From: an uncultured candidate division Zixibacteria bacterium
GTDB taxonomy: Bacteria > Zixibacteria > MSB-5A5 > GN15 > PGXB01
Direction: 5' to 3'
NCBI GenBank assembly: GCA_963702205.1
Contig: OY969724.1
Location: forward strand, 2,592,001-2,656,000
Length of the DNA stretch: 64,000 bases
Below the pieces are notes generated by a model. The model saw only the letters and a list, made by a program, of their open reading frames with translations. It ran no database searches and was not told the origin of the DNA. A program made the translations under genes and the position numbers. Positions 7,945-17,885 of the stretch are shown in pieces. The first letter of the stretch is position 1, and every line of letters begins with the position of its first letter.

Positions 7945-9640
7945 ACTATATCCGATATATCTTCTGATTCTATTCCTGTTCCCATTGATTTTTATGACGT
8001 GTGCCAAGGTGGCCTCGCCGCCGGGCGGACCGGTGGATGAAACCGGTGCTGAAATAGTGATGTCCGAGCCCGAATCGGGCGCCGTAAACGTCGGCAAAGG
8101 GGATATCGTCAGCGTGGCTTTTTCGGAAACGGTCGACAAGAATTCCGCGCAGACGGCCGTGTTTATTTCGCCTCGCCCGAAGACTGAGCCGACGTTCAAA
8201 TGGAAGGGCAAGACGATGAACATCATCCTGCCCGATTCATTCCGGGATTCGACAACTTACATCGTCAACATCGGGGCCAATGTAACCGATCTTCGCAACA
8301 ACAAAATGGCATCATCGAAACAGATCGCGTTTTCTACCGGACCGGAAATCAGCAAAGGCAAAATAGAGGGCTATATAGCCGATGGAGGCAAGCCCGGAGC
8401 AGGGGCGACAGTCGGGCTGTTCGGGGGCATCAACCCGGATTCGCTGCCATCGTTCGATTCGCTCTATCCGGTGTACATGACGCAGACGGGGAAGGACGGG
8501 CTTTTCAACCTAAACTATCTGCCCGACGGCAGGTATTTCCTGCTGGCGTTCGGTGATAAAGACAAAAGCCAGACTTTCGATTTCGGCAAGGAGTCTTTCG
8601 GCCTGGCCGACCGGGTGGCGAACATCGAAAACGGTGTCGGGCCAAACCATCTTAATATCTCGATGATAAGAATCGATACGACGTCATATGGTATTCTGTC
8701 GGCGGCAACGAACGGTGACGGTCTGATAAGTATCAGGTTTACCAACAGCATCCTGCCGGAAGATTTCGAGGCGATGTTCGAATATATCGAATTGCGGCAG
8801 GTCGGTGATTCGGGGGCGACGTTGTCTCATCCCCAGGCAATCGAGGAAGACGGAGACAAGGCTCTTCAGAATTACACCATTTATTTCGGTGATTTGCTGC
8901 CCGGAAATTATCAGGTTCGTATCGATAATAAAGCCTTCGGGGTTATCGACGATTCATTACCTTATATCTTAAGCTCAACCTTCAACCTGGCCGCAACCGC
9001 CGACTCAACCCCGCCCAAAATCGCTTTCTGCTCTCATGATAAGCAGACCGTATACGCCAGGGATAACAAAATCGATCTCGGATTTTCGGAGCCGGTGGTA
9101 TTTTCTGACACGGGTCAGGTGCCGTTTATTCTTCTCGACCGGGACACCGTGGGGTACGATATAATCATAAATTCAATCGATCCGCTGCTTTATCAATTGT
9201 ACGTGCCGGACCTGAACGAAGGACAAAATTACACTTTGAGCATCAATGCTCCGGAGATTTCCGACCGGGCGGGTAACGTTCTCGGGCAGTCGATCATTGA
9301 TTACCATTTCAGTACTTATGATATTGATTCGATGGGCTCGGTTTCGGGAACCGTCTTGTTTGATACTTTAACCGTTAAAAAAGGCCCGGTAAATTTCGTA
9401 TTCAGCCTCTATCCATCGATGAAGACCTTTGATTTTGCGGCCGTCGAGGACAGCTTTCATCCGGACCTGCCGCCGGGCAAGTACCAGCTATTGGGATATG
9501 TGGACCGCAACGAAAACGGGAAGCAGGACTTCGGTTCGCTGAAACCCCTGGAATGGCCGGAGACGTGGGAGATTTACTCGGATACAATAAGAATCCGGCC
9601 GCGTTTTGAGACGGCCGGAATCGAATTGGATATTAAATAA
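7913..9640 (+). CDS. Ig-like (Big_5) domain lipoprotein
   Basis: Signal peptide then CAKVASPPGGPVD, the typical CA..PxGGP.D start, and FSE/DLRNN Ig motifs. The ATG at 7913 is more plausible than 7805. Confidence 0.8.
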   Translation: MKRLKKSSNIRLYPIYLLILFLFPLIFMTCAKVASPPGGPVDETGAEIVMSEPESGAVNVGKGDIVSVAFSETVDKNSAQTAVFISPRPKTEPTFKWKGKTMNIILPDSFRDSTTYIVNIGANVTDLRNNKMASSKQIAFSTGPEISKGKIEGYIADGGKPGAGATVGLFGGINPDSLPSFDSLYPVYMTQTGKDGLFNLNYLPDGRYFLLAFGDKDKSQTFDFGKESFGLADRVANIENGVGPNHLNISMIRIDTTSYGILSAATNGDGLISIRFTNSILPEDFEAMFEYIELRQVGDSGATLSHPQAIEEDGDKALQNYTIYFGDLLPGNYQVRIDNKAFGVIDDSLPYILSSTFNLAATADSTPPKIAFCSHDKQTVYARDNKIDLGFSEPVVFSDTGQVPFILLDRDTVGYDIIINSIDPLLYQLYVPDLNEGQNYTLSINAPEISDRAGNVLGQSIIDYHFSTYDIDSMGSVSGTVLFDTLTVKKGPVNFVFSLYPSMKTFDFAAVEDSFHPDLPPGKYQLLGYVDRNENGKQDFGSLKPLEWPETWEIYSDTIRIRPRFETAGIELDIK

Positions 9641-9677
9641 CTGTCCCGCATTGCCGGAACGATTGTCAATTTGAATC

Positions 9678-10184
9678 TTATTTGCCTTTTTCCACACTTA
9701 CCAGTTTGATGTTGAAATTCAGGGTCTGACCGGCCAGAGGATGGTTGGCATCCAGCTTAACCGAATCGGGTGTGACTTCCAGCACCTTGGCATAAAAGAC
9801 CTGCCCATTGGGTCCGGGCAGCTGCAGTTCCTGGCCCACCTGCACGTCGCCGGCGGCTTGTATCTTATCTCTCGGTACCACGCCGATCATTTCATCGCGG
9901 TACGGACCGTAGGCACTGTCGGGGGGAATCACGACGGTCGTGCTGTCGCCCTCGGCCATGCCGATAAGGGCGTGTTCGAACCCCGGGATAACCATTGAGT
10001 CACCGAGTTTGAATTCCAGAGGCTCCTGACCTTCCGAGGAATCGAAAATTGTTCCGTCGTCAAGTTTGCCGACATAATGGACTTTGACCGTGTCGCCGAC
10101 CTCAGCCACTTTTTTTGAGGAGCAAGCCATGATGACGACAAACGCGGTCAACAAAGCCAATACCACCATCAGTCTTGATTTCAT
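9678..10184 (-). CDS. FKBP-type peptidyl-prolyl isomerase (SlyD-like) with lipoprotein signal
   Basis: VHYVGKLDDGTIFDSS, VIPGFE, PDSAYG, DANHPLAG. N-terminal IMAC lipobox. Confidence 0.9.
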   Translation of the reverse strand: MKSRLMVVLALLTAFVVIMACSSKKVAEVGDTVKVHYVGKLDDGTIFDSSEGQEPLEFKLGDSMVIPGFEHALIGMAEGDSTTVVIPPDSAYGPYRDEMIGVVPRDKIQAAGDVQVGQELQLPGPNGQVFYAKVLEVTPDSVKLDANHPLAGQTLNFNIKLVSVEKGK

Positions 10185-10320
10185 CTGTCTGCCTTTCTGA
10201 AATAACTTTGCATTTGCCGTCGCGACGGTTTATGCCAATTTCATTAATTCCTTAATAATGCCTATCGCACCAAGCTCTTATATTTCTACAAACGGCCTCG
10301 TCCCAATCTCTCAAAGGGTA

Positions 10321-10349
10321 ATATTAATAATTACTTGAATCGGGGTCAA
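10321..10349 (-). promoter_or_regulatory. Putative sigma70 promoter of the FKBP gene
   Basis: TTGACC-17-TAATAT. Confidence 0.5.
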
Positions 10350-10385
10350 GATATAGATAAATCATTTGCAAGGCCGCGATCGGCT

Positions 10386-10415
10386 AAAAAAAAGGCGGGA
10401 CCATCCGGTCCCGCC
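10386..10415 (-). terminator. Rho-independent terminator of the OmpA-family gene
   Basis: GGCGGGACC/GGTCCCGCC 9-bp stem, 4-nt loop, followed by T8 on the minus strand. Confidence 0.88.
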
Positions 10416-10432
10416 AAAATCAAACCCAAAAA

Positions 10433-11026
10433 TTAAAGTTTGCCCCAGAGCTTCAAGACGACGCGGCGGTTTTTGGCGTTGGCGTCTTTTTCGTCCTGCA
10501 TAGCCACCGGATGATTTTTACCCTGACTTGACGTGTACATCCTGTACAGGGCTATGCCATACTGGTCAACCAGATATCTCTGAACGGCATCCGCACGAGC
10601 CTGCCCAAGAAGCAGGTTATAATTGGCGGAACCGGTTTTATCGGTATAACCGGTTAGTTCAAGGAGGGAACGAGGATTATCTATCATCTTCTGACCGAGC
10701 TCTTCCATATAATCACGGCCAGCCTGTGTCAGCTCGTGGCTGTCAAAATCGAAATTGACCACGCCTTCCCAAATAACCTGATAATTTTCAAAACCTTTGG
10801 CTTCGTTCAAAGCCATGTTGGCTTTGTCCGAAAGTTCGGCCGTCACGGCCTGCATCTTCTTGATTTCATCGGCATTCAGAGCCGACTGGGCTTTCACGGT
10901 ATTCATATCAGCCTGCATCGAAGCCTGAACTTCGGCTATGCGCTGATCGACATACCCTTTGCTTGCACAACCTACCACCAGGAGGCCGCCAAGAATGGCT
11001 ATGGCCACGAGGATTTTAAAACGCAT
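10433..11026 (-). CDS. OmpA/Pal-family peptidoglycan-binding lipoprotein with coiled coil
   Basis: Lipobox VVGC, FDFDS, GYTD..G...N..LG..RA..V, NRRV. Confidence 0.9.
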   Translation of the reverse strand: MRFKILVAIAILGGLLVVGCASKGYVDQRIAEVQASMQADMNTVKAQSALNADEIKKMQAVTAELSDKANMALNEAKGFENYQVIWEGVVNFDFDSHELTQAGRDYMEELGQKMIDNPRSLLELTGYTDKTGSANYNLLLGQARADAVQRYLVDQYGIALYRMYTSSQGKNHPVAMQDEKDANAKNRRVVLKLWGKL

Positions 11027-11070
11027 CCTTCCTCCATGAAAAATTGGTTAATTTAGCTTTATTTTGACCA

Positions 11071-11100
11071 ATGATATAGTCCTTTTTGTGGTACTGTCAA
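11071..11100 (-). promoter_or_regulatory. Putative sigma70 promoter of the OmpA-family gene
   Basis: TTGACA-18-TATCAT. Confidence 0.45.
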
Positions 11101-11121
11101 GGCTAATTTTTTGTTTTTACT

Positions 11122-11928
11122 CTATTGTTTTATGGCTCCGGCAGTTATGCCGGAAACGATATGCCTTTGGAAGAGCAAAAAGACGACGAGAACGGGGATC
11201 ACGGCCAGTCCCGATCCTGCCATAAGATGCTGCCAATCAATGGCTTGATGCCCCTGATATAAGGCCAGTCCGACCGGCAGGGTTCGCAGTGAATCCGAAC
11301 CGGTCAGGATAAACGGAAACAGGAAAGAATTCCAGTTGACCAGAAAAACCTGTATCGCCAGCACGGCCAAAGCCGGTTTACAGAGCGGCATGACAATCCT
11401 GAATAAAATTCGGAATTCCCCGGCACCGTCCATACGCGCGGCCTCTTCGACCGACGGCGGCAGAGAGTCGATATATTGCTTGACCAGAAAGATGCCGATC
11501 GGATTGACCAGAAACGGCAAAATGAGCGCGGCATAGGTATCGTACAAACCCAGCTTGAAAATTAACAGGTACAGCGGAATAATTATAATATGCACCGGAA
11601 TCATCAGGACAAAAATCACGGAGAAGAACCAGAAACGGCGGCCGATTAATTTATATCTCGAAAGAGCATAACCGGTCATAAAGCAGAAAAGAATGTTGCC
11701 GATAGTGACGGCCGCTCCCACCAGGGCGGAATTCATGAAATAGCGAAGCATACCGCCGCTTTGGAAAATATCGCGATAGATATTCAGAGTGAAAGCACCG
11801 GAAAAGAAATCGGACAGAGACAGCCCCTGATCGGCGGGCAAAAAGGAGATGCGAAACATCCAGAGCAGCGGAAAAACCATCACCGCCAGAATGCTGCATA
11901 AAGCCGAATATTTCAGGAATTTTACCAT
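11122..11928 (-). CDS. Carbohydrate ABC transporter permease (MalG-like)
   Basis: EEAARMDGA EAA motif, WNSFLFP, about 6 TM segments. Confidence 0.93.
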   Translation of the reverse strand: MVKFLKYSALCSILAVMVFPLLWMFRISFLPADQGLSLSDFFSGAFTLNIYRDIFQSGGMLRYFMNSALVGAAVTIGNILFCFMTGYALSRYKLIGRRFWFFSVIFVLMIPVHIIIIPLYLLIFKLGLYDTYAALILPFLVNPIGIFLVKQYIDSLPPSVEEAARMDGAGEFRILFRIVMPLCKPALAVLAIQVFLVNWNSFLFPFILTGSDSLRTLPVGLALYQGHQAIDWQHLMAGSGLAVIPVLVVFLLFQRHIVSGITAGAIKQ

Positions 11929-12785
11929 ATCCGCCTTTGCCGCAATAATCGAAATTGCAATAGTGAAAATATCGCGATGATAATGAACAAGACATAGGCC
12001 GCGGCGGAGGCATAACCGAATTCAAAACGGCTCAGGCCGGTTTCATATATGAAATAGACGGCCGTCGAGGTGCCGTAATTGCCTCGTGTCATGACGAATA
12101 TTTCCACGAATACCTGGAATGATTTGATGGTGTTAATGACAATAATAAACAGCGCGACCGGCTTCAAAAGCGGCAGCGTTATATATCGGAATTTCTGCCA
12201 GGCTGTTGCTCCGCTGACTTCGGCCGCTTCATAAAGTTCATCGGGTATTGACTTAAGTCCCGCCAGAAACAACAGCATATAGTGGCCGACCGACATCCAG
12301 ACGTCCATGGCCATGACCGAATAAAGAGCCGATGAACTCGACAACAACAGCCCGTTTGGCGGTGGAGACAGCCCGATCATTTCCGCCAGGAGATATATAT
12401 AGCCACCACGGGAGTACAGGTTGGTGAAGACCAGCGCGACGACGATCATAGACGTCACCGACGGCATAAAATAAGCCGAGCGGAAAAAAGTCCGTCCCCG
12501 GAAGCTCTTATTGACGAGCAGTGCCAAACCAAGGGCTATGACGGTTGTGACCGGGATCGTGCCGACCACAAAAATGACGGTATTTTTCAGTGAAAGCAGA
12601 AAGGCCTTGTCGGAAAAAAGCGATATATAATTTTCCAGGCCGATCCAGGACCAGTCCGGACGCATCAGGCGATAGTCGGTGAAGCCTAAAACCAGCGAAT
12701 AAAGCAGGGGGAACAGCCAGAAGATGCAGAATGAGATAATCCAGGGCGATGCAAAGAGAATGCCTATGGATTTCCTGCGGATCAT
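11922..12785 (-). CDS. Carbohydrate ABC transporter permease (MalF/UgpA-like)
   Basis: GLENY, LAGLKSIPDELYEAAEVSGA, FGYASA. Confidence 0.93.
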   Translation of the reverse strand: MIRRKSIGILFASPWIISFCIFWLFPLLYSLVLGFTDYRLMRPDWSWIGLENYISLFSDKAFLLSLKNTVIFVVGTIPVTTVIALGLALLVNKSFRGRTFFRSAYFMPSVTSMIVVALVFTNLYSRGGYIYLLAEMIGLSPPPNGLLLSSSSALYSVMAMDVWMSVGHYMLLFLAGLKSIPDELYEAAEVSGATAWQKFRYITLPLLKPVALFIIVINTIKSFQVFVEIFVMTRGNYGTSTAVYFIYETGLSRFEFGYASAAAYVLFIIIAIFSLLQFRLLRQRRIW

Positions 12786-14014
12786 TCCGATTGCTTGAGG
12801 AGTTTTTCTATTTCTTTTTTGCCGTTATATAAACCCTCGGCCATCGGAACGCCATCGAATAGAATATCTTCCAGAGTCCGCTCGATAATATCCTCGATAT
12901 AAACCCAGTTCTTATCGATTTCCGGCATCTGTGAGCGTTCCAACTGCCGGACAAAAGTGGCCAGGTGCGGATCATCGGTGAAGAACGGATCTTCGGCGGC
13001 GGCCTTATTCGATGGATTAGCCGACATATTGGCCTTGCAAAAAGTAAGCTGATTTTCTTTGTCGGTTATGAATTCGATAAATTTGAGGGCCGCGTTTTTA
13101 TCGGGACAGGTTTTGCTTATCGCCAGGTATTCACCACCGAAAAACGAAATGCCGGGGTACTTGGGACCGGGGAAGACGAACGTCGAAAAATCAATTTGTC
13201 GTTTTTCGTTCCGGATGCGTTTCAGCAGCCAGTCACCGGAAATTATCACGCCGACCTTGCCGTCGAGGAAGGCATCTTCCAGCCTCCGTTGAGTGTCGAC
13301 CAGACCGGTGCTGTCGGAAAGTTCTTTATAGAATTTGAGAGCATTGTACGAGCGGTCGGTCGCTAACGTGCTGAATCTTCCCGTTTTACTTATTATATAT
13401 CCTCGATTGGACCAGAGGAATGGGAGAAACTTTTTATACAGCGTATGCTTTTCGGCGGCGTTGGAACCGAAGCCGTAAATGTCTTTACCGAGCGAGTCGA
13501 TCCGGTAACATTCTTCTTTCAGCAAATCCCAATTGTACGGAACAAAATCATCCGGCAGACCGGCCTTTTTTCTCAGGGTGTTGTTTACGTACAGAACTCT
13601 CGTCCCCAGAATCCAGGGGAAGGCGTAGATTTTATCTTTGTACATGGTCGGTTTCCAGCCGTAGAAAGCCGAAGTGTCTTTAACGACACCGTCGGTGATG
13701 TCGGCCAGTTGGTCAGACTGTGAAAATTCCGCTATCCAGTCCGAGCCCAGTTCGACGATATCGGGAGCGGTACCGGATGAAAAGGCAAGGACGATTTTGT
13801 CGTGACCGTTGGCCCAGGTGAGGTCGGTTATATTGATCTTGATATCGGGATTTTGAGCTTCAAAATCCGAGACCATTTTTTCTATGGTCGGCTTGATGGC
13901 GGGATCGGTTGAAAACTGCCACCATTGTAACGTTACGGGTCCGGACGGCTTGTTTCCGCACGAAACCAGACCGAGCAATGCGATAATTGTCAGTAGTAAT
14001 GTGATTTTTTTCAT
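12782..14014 (-). CDS. Sugar ABC transporter substrate-binding lipoprotein
   Basis: Lipobox LVSC, FEAQNPDIKI, APDI, GGEYL. Confidence 0.9.
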   Translation of the reverse strand: MKKITLLLTIIALLGLVSCGNKPSGPVTLQWWQFSTDPAIKPTIEKMVSDFEAQNPDIKINITDLTWANGHDKIVLAFSSGTAPDIVELGSDWIAEFSQSDQLADITDGVVKDTSAFYGWKPTMYKDKIYAFPWILGTRVLYVNNTLRKKAGLPDDFVPYNWDLLKEECYRIDSLGKDIYGFGSNAAEKHTLYKKFLPFLWSNRGYIISKTGRFSTLATDRSYNALKFYKELSDSTGLVDTQRRLEDAFLDGKVGVIISGDWLLKRIRNEKRQIDFSTFVFPGPKYPGISFFGGEYLAISKTCPDKNAALKFIEFITDKENQLTFCKANMSANPSNKAAAEDPFFTDDPHLATFVRQLERSQMPEIDKNWVYIEDIIERTLEDILFDGVPMAEGLYNGKKEIEKLLKQSE

Positions 14015-14020
14015 AGCCCG

Positions 14021-14050
14021 AGAATAAGTAAAGTCTTAAGGGGTTGTCAA
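14021..14050 (-). promoter_or_regulatory. Putative sigma70 promoter of the sugar ABC operon (leaderless geometry)
   Basis: TTGACA-18-TATTCT, 6 nt before the ATG at 14014. Confidence 0.55.
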
Positions 14051-14097
14051 GTAAACTTTTTGTTGATTTTACAACAACACAATTATTAAGTCATTAT

Positions 14098-14958
14098 ATG
14101 CAAAAAACTTGGGTTCGGTTCATTTTACTTTCATCGATAATGTCAGGATATGGTATCGCCTATGCCGGAGATTCATCGCCGCAGAATTCGACCTGGTTTG
14201 ATTTGTCGACATTGCCGACATTGATCCTTTCGATCATATGTATCGGGATCGTTTTGTACGCGATCAAATCATCGAAATCGGGCGAAGGCATAAAAATTAG
14301 AGAAATACCGGGACTGGCCGCAGTCGAGGAGGCGGTCGGGCGGGCCACAGAGATGGGATCACCGATGCTCTATACGCCCGGCTGGGGCGGCGACATCCAG
14401 CGCCCGACGACGATAGCCTCGATGAATATACTATCATCGGTCGCAGAAAAGGCCGCCGAATACGATTGTCGGCTGATATATCCCACGCACGACCCGGTCA
14501 TAATGGCCGTCGCGCAGGAAGTGGTCAAAGAAGGGTGCGCCAAAGCAGGCTATCCCGACCGATACCACCCCGATGATATATTTTATATTTCGTCGTCGCA
14601 GTTCGGCTATGCCGCCGCGGTCGACGGTTATATCAGTCGTACGAAGCCGGCTTCGGTTTTTCTGCTGGGGACTTTCGAAGCCGAATCGCTGATCCTCGCC
14701 GAGACTGCCAATTCAATTGGTGCGATGCAGATCGCCGGGACCGATTCGACTATACAGCTGGCCTTCTTTATTGTCGCCTGCGACTATACTTTAATCGGCG
14801 AGGAACTGTTCGCGGCGTCGGGGTATCTGTCGAAAAATCCGGCGATCCTGTCATCGGTCAAGGCACAGGATATTATCAAAGTCCTGATTGCCGTGTTTAT
14901 TATAGTCGCCATGGTCTGGGCGACTATTGATCCGGCGTCAACATGGTGGAAATTCTGA
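14098..14958 (+). CDS. DUF6754-type membrane protein
   Basis: IREIPGLAAVEEAVGRATEMG, ESLILAE, QIAGT, CDYTLIGEELFAASGYLS. Start taken as the ATG at 14098. Confidence 0.8.
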   Translation: MQKTWVRFILLSSIMSGYGIAYAGDSSPQNSTWFDLSTLPTLILSIICIGIVLYAIKSSKSGEGIKIREIPGLAAVEEAVGRATEMGSPMLYTPGWGGDIQRPTTIASMNILSSVAEKAAEYDCRLIYPTHDPVIMAVAQEVVKEGCAKAGYPDRYHPDDIFYISSSQFGYAAAVDGYISRTKPASVFLLGTFEAESLILAETANSIGAMQIAGTDSTIQLAFFIVACDYTLIGEELFAASGYLSKNPAILSSVKAQDIIKVLIAVFIIVAMVWATIDPASTWWKF

Positions 14959-15576
14959 TGAAACAGCGCCTGCCTGTCATAATATGCTTCCTGGCCGGGG
15001 CCCTGATGTTTCTCCAGGTACTTTTCGCCGCATCCGGTGGCAAGAGCGATTTATTCCGGTATTCTCGATTACTGGCAGATAATTTTCGCCTTCACGCTGC
15101 TGGTGGGAGTGGCGGCTTTCGCGAAAAACAATCTCAAACAACTGTCCCGAGGGCAGGATGCCACATATCGGGCGATCGCTCTATTGGGAGTTGTACTGAT
15201 GCCGGTTTTGGCCATGATCGGGGGGATCAAAATAGATTCGCCGTTTTTGTGGATATTTGAAAACGTTATCGCCCCGATGCAGGCCACGGTTTTTTCGCTG
15301 CTGGCGTTTTTCGTGGCGTCGGCATCGTTCAGGGGTTTTCGCGCAAGAAACCTTCAGGCGTCGATATTACTGGGAGCGGCACTTATCATACTCATCGGCC
15401 GTGTTCCCATTGCCGAAATGATTTCGAGCTATCTGCCGAAACTGACTTTTTGGATACAGGACTATCCGTCGATGTCGGCCCGTCGGGCGATATTGATCGG
15501 AATCGGGCTGGGCTCGATGACGACAGCGTTCCGGGTTATACTTGGAATAGAACGAACCTATTTGAAAGGTGAATGA
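14958..15576 (+). pseudogene. Membrane protein of the DUF6754 cluster, split by an apparent +1 frameshift at ~15018 (real or sequencing error)
   Basis: ATG overlaps the upstream stop (TGATG). MKQRLPVIICFLAGALMFLQ, one extra G, then YFSPHPVARAIYSG in the frame of ORF 15037-15576 (SLLAFFVASASFRGFRAR, RVILGIERTYL). Confidence 0.7.
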
Positions 15577-16391
15577 TGACACCGGCCAGAATCAGATGGA
15601 TAATATTCGCCGGGCTGTTTATAGTCGTTGTAATATCATATCTGATCGTGGTTGATTTCGTATCGGTGACGTCACCCGAAGTGCAGCGAAGCTACGATTA
15701 CATCGAAAACCTCCCCGAAGGCTCGGTGGTTATGGTCTCGTTCGACCACGAAGCCTCATCGCTGCCTGAAATCCAGCCGATCGCTTTGGCCATATTGAGA
15801 CACGCCTTCAAAAATAATATAAGGCTTGTCGGTGTGTCACTGTTCGCCGAGGGGACGGCTATCGGATATCGCCTGATGACAAAGACAGCCAAGGAGTATG
15901 GCAAAAAATACGGCACCGATTATGCCTTTCTCGGGTTCAAACCCCAGCAGATCGCGACCATACTCGGCATGGGCGAGTCGATCGAGAATATATTCCCCGA
16001 GGATTACCTCGGGACATCGGTCAATCAGCTGCCTATTATGGCCAATATCGAAAATTATGACGACATCGATATGGTGATTTCCATCGCCGACGGTTCTTTA
16101 ACCGTACAGTGGATCGAGTACGCCGGGGCGAAGTACAACCAGCAGGTGATGGCCGGACTCACCGCGGCCATGATTACGACGTACGATCCCTACCTTTCTT
16201 CGGGCCAATTATATTCGGTCGTGGGTGGACTGAAAGGCGCAGCCGAATACGAATCGCTGATTCACCGCAAGGGGGGAGGGACAAGGGGTATGCTGGCCCA
16301 GACTTCGGCGCACTTTTATGTGATTGTCCTGATTATCATCGGAAATATATTCTACTTCCGCAATAAATCAAAAAGTAAAGCGGAGCGGTAA
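15573..16391 (+). CDS. Uncharacterised membrane-anchored protein (DUF6754 cluster)
   Basis: N- and C-terminal TMs, KKYGTDYAFLGF, PYLSSGQL, GGLKGAAEYE. Translationally coupled. Confidence 0.8.
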   Translation: MMTPARIRWIIFAGLFIVVVISYLIVVDFVSVTSPEVQRSYDYIENLPEGSVVMVSFDHEASSLPEIQPIALAILRHAFKNNIRLVGVSLFAEGTAIGYRLMTKTAKEYGKKYGTDYAFLGFKPQQIATILGMGESIENIFPEDYLGTSVNQLPIMANIENYDDIDMVISIADGSLTVQWIEYAGAKYNQQVMAGLTAAMITTYDPYLSSGQLYSVVGGLKGAAEYESLIHRKGGGTRGMLAQTSAHFYVIVLIIIGNIFYFRNKSKSKAER

Positions 16392-17002
16392 TGGATATCG
16401 GACTTCTGATAGCGGGCATTTTGACACTGGCCATATATACATTTTTATATAAGGACAATCCCATCTACCGTGTGGCGGAGCATCTGTTGATCGGGTTATC
16501 TATCGGGTATGCCCTCGTCATTTACTGGCAGACGACACTGGTCGATATTCTTTTCAGGCCTCTGTTCCTGGATGGCAAGCTGTCTTTGATACTCCCGCTG
16601 ATATTGGGGCTCCTGATGTTCAGCCGCTTCAGCTCACGGTTGTCGTGGCTGTCGAGGATTCCGATCGCTTTCATGATCGGGGCTGGGGCCGGGGTGGCGA
16701 TTCCGGCTATGCTCTACGCCCGGACCATAAAACAGGTGTCGGCGTCGATTGTACCGCTGGTCGACGGCAACGGGTTTCATTTCGAGGCGCTGGTTGTGGT
16801 TCTGGGGCTGCTTTCGACGCTGGCATATTTTTATTTCAGTCGAGAACATGAAGGGGTTATGGGGAAGGCGGCGCGGCTGGGGACATATTTCCTGATGATA
16901 TTCTTCGGAGCCACGTTCGGATATACGGTCATGTCCCGCATGTCGACGTTTATCGGGAGGATCGACTTTCTCCTGACAGATTTCCTGCATCTTATTGGAT
17001 AG
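16391..17002 (+). CDS. Uncharacterised integral membrane protein (DUF6754 cluster)
   Basis: LTLAIYTFLYKDNPIYRVAEHL, FLMIFFGATFGYTVMSR. About 6 TMs. Confidence 0.82.
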   Translation: MDIGLLIAGILTLAIYTFLYKDNPIYRVAEHLLIGLSIGYALVIYWQTTLVDILFRPLFLDGKLSLILPLILGLLMFSRFSSRLSWLSRIPIAFMIGAGAGVAIPAMLYARTIKQVSASIVPLVDGNGFHFEALVVVLGLLSTLAYFYFSREHEGVMGKAARLGTYFLMIFFGATFGYTVMSRMSTFIGRIDFLLTDFLHLIG

Positions 17003-17061
17003 CCAGCCGCAAAACTAAATGTGAATATTTTCATAATTGACCGGTATAGGCTTTTAATATC

Positions 17062-17829
17062 ATGGAAATAAAAATTGGCACCTCGGGATACAGTTTCGCC
17101 GACTGGGTCGGCCCGTTTTACCCGGAAGGAATCGAAAAGGGCAAAATGCTCGACTTTTATGTCAACCATTTCGACACGGTCGAGATAAATTCGACCTATT
17201 ACCGCATCCCGCACCCGGCCGTGATGGCCAAAATAGAACAAAAGACGCCCGACCATTTCGAGTTTATGGTCAAAGTTCCGCAAGCGCTGACCCATAAGAG
17301 AAAAGATATAGAAGAGGCCGTCACCGAATACAAAGAGTGCCTGAAGCCTATGGAAGACAGCGGCAAACTCAAGGGCGTCCTGGCCCAGTTTCCGTACTCG
17401 TTCAAGTTCAATCAATCGAATCTGGGATATATTCAATCCTGCCGGGAGCTTCTGGTGCCGCATCGGTTGTTTGTCGAGTTTCGTCACGATGGCTGGGTCA
17501 ATCGCACTATGTACGACGCGCTGAAAGCCGCCGATATCGGCTATGTTTCGGTTGATGAGCCGCAGCTGTCGGGTCTTTTGAAGCCGGACTGCTTTAATAC
17601 TACCAGTACCGGCTATATCCGCCTGCACGGGCGGAACGCCGAGCAGTGGTGGGACGGCGGCGCGCTGCGCTATGATTATGACTACACCCCGGAACAGCTG
17701 CAGGAGTGGAAAGAAAAAATCCGGAAGATGGAGGGAAAAACCAATAAAGTTTACATTTTTTTTAATAATTGCCACGCCGGGCAGGCGATAAAGAACGCTC
17801 GTGAGATGAAACAGATATTGATGTTATAG
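17062..17829 (+). CDS. DUF72 domain protein (YecE-like)
   Basis: IGTSGYS..DW.GPFYP, VEINSTYY, VEFRH, YIRLHGR, YDYDY, FFNN. Confidence 0.93.
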   Translation: MEIKIGTSGYSFADWVGPFYPEGIEKGKMLDFYVNHFDTVEINSTYYRIPHPAVMAKIEQKTPDHFEFMVKVPQALTHKRKDIEEAVTEYKECLKPMEDSGKLKGVLAQFPYSFKFNQSNLGYIQSCRELLVPHRLFVEFRHDGWVNRTMYDALKAADIGYVSVDEPQLSGLLKPDCFNTTSTGYIRLHGRNAEQWWDGGALRYDYDYTPEQLQEWKEKIRKMEGKTNKVYIFFNNCHAGQAIKNAREMKQILML

Positions 17830-17885
17830 AATTTTTTGTTGACCGGAAGCGATGATTTCTTTAATTGGAGGCTTTGGGGATAGAG

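Noticed and set aside
10185..10320. Riboswitch in the ~130-nt leader of the FKBP gene
   Set aside because: No recognisable aptamer consensus or terminator. An Rfam scan would settle it.
16831..17775. 314-aa - strand ORF
   Set aside because: Antisense to the well-supported DUF72 gene.
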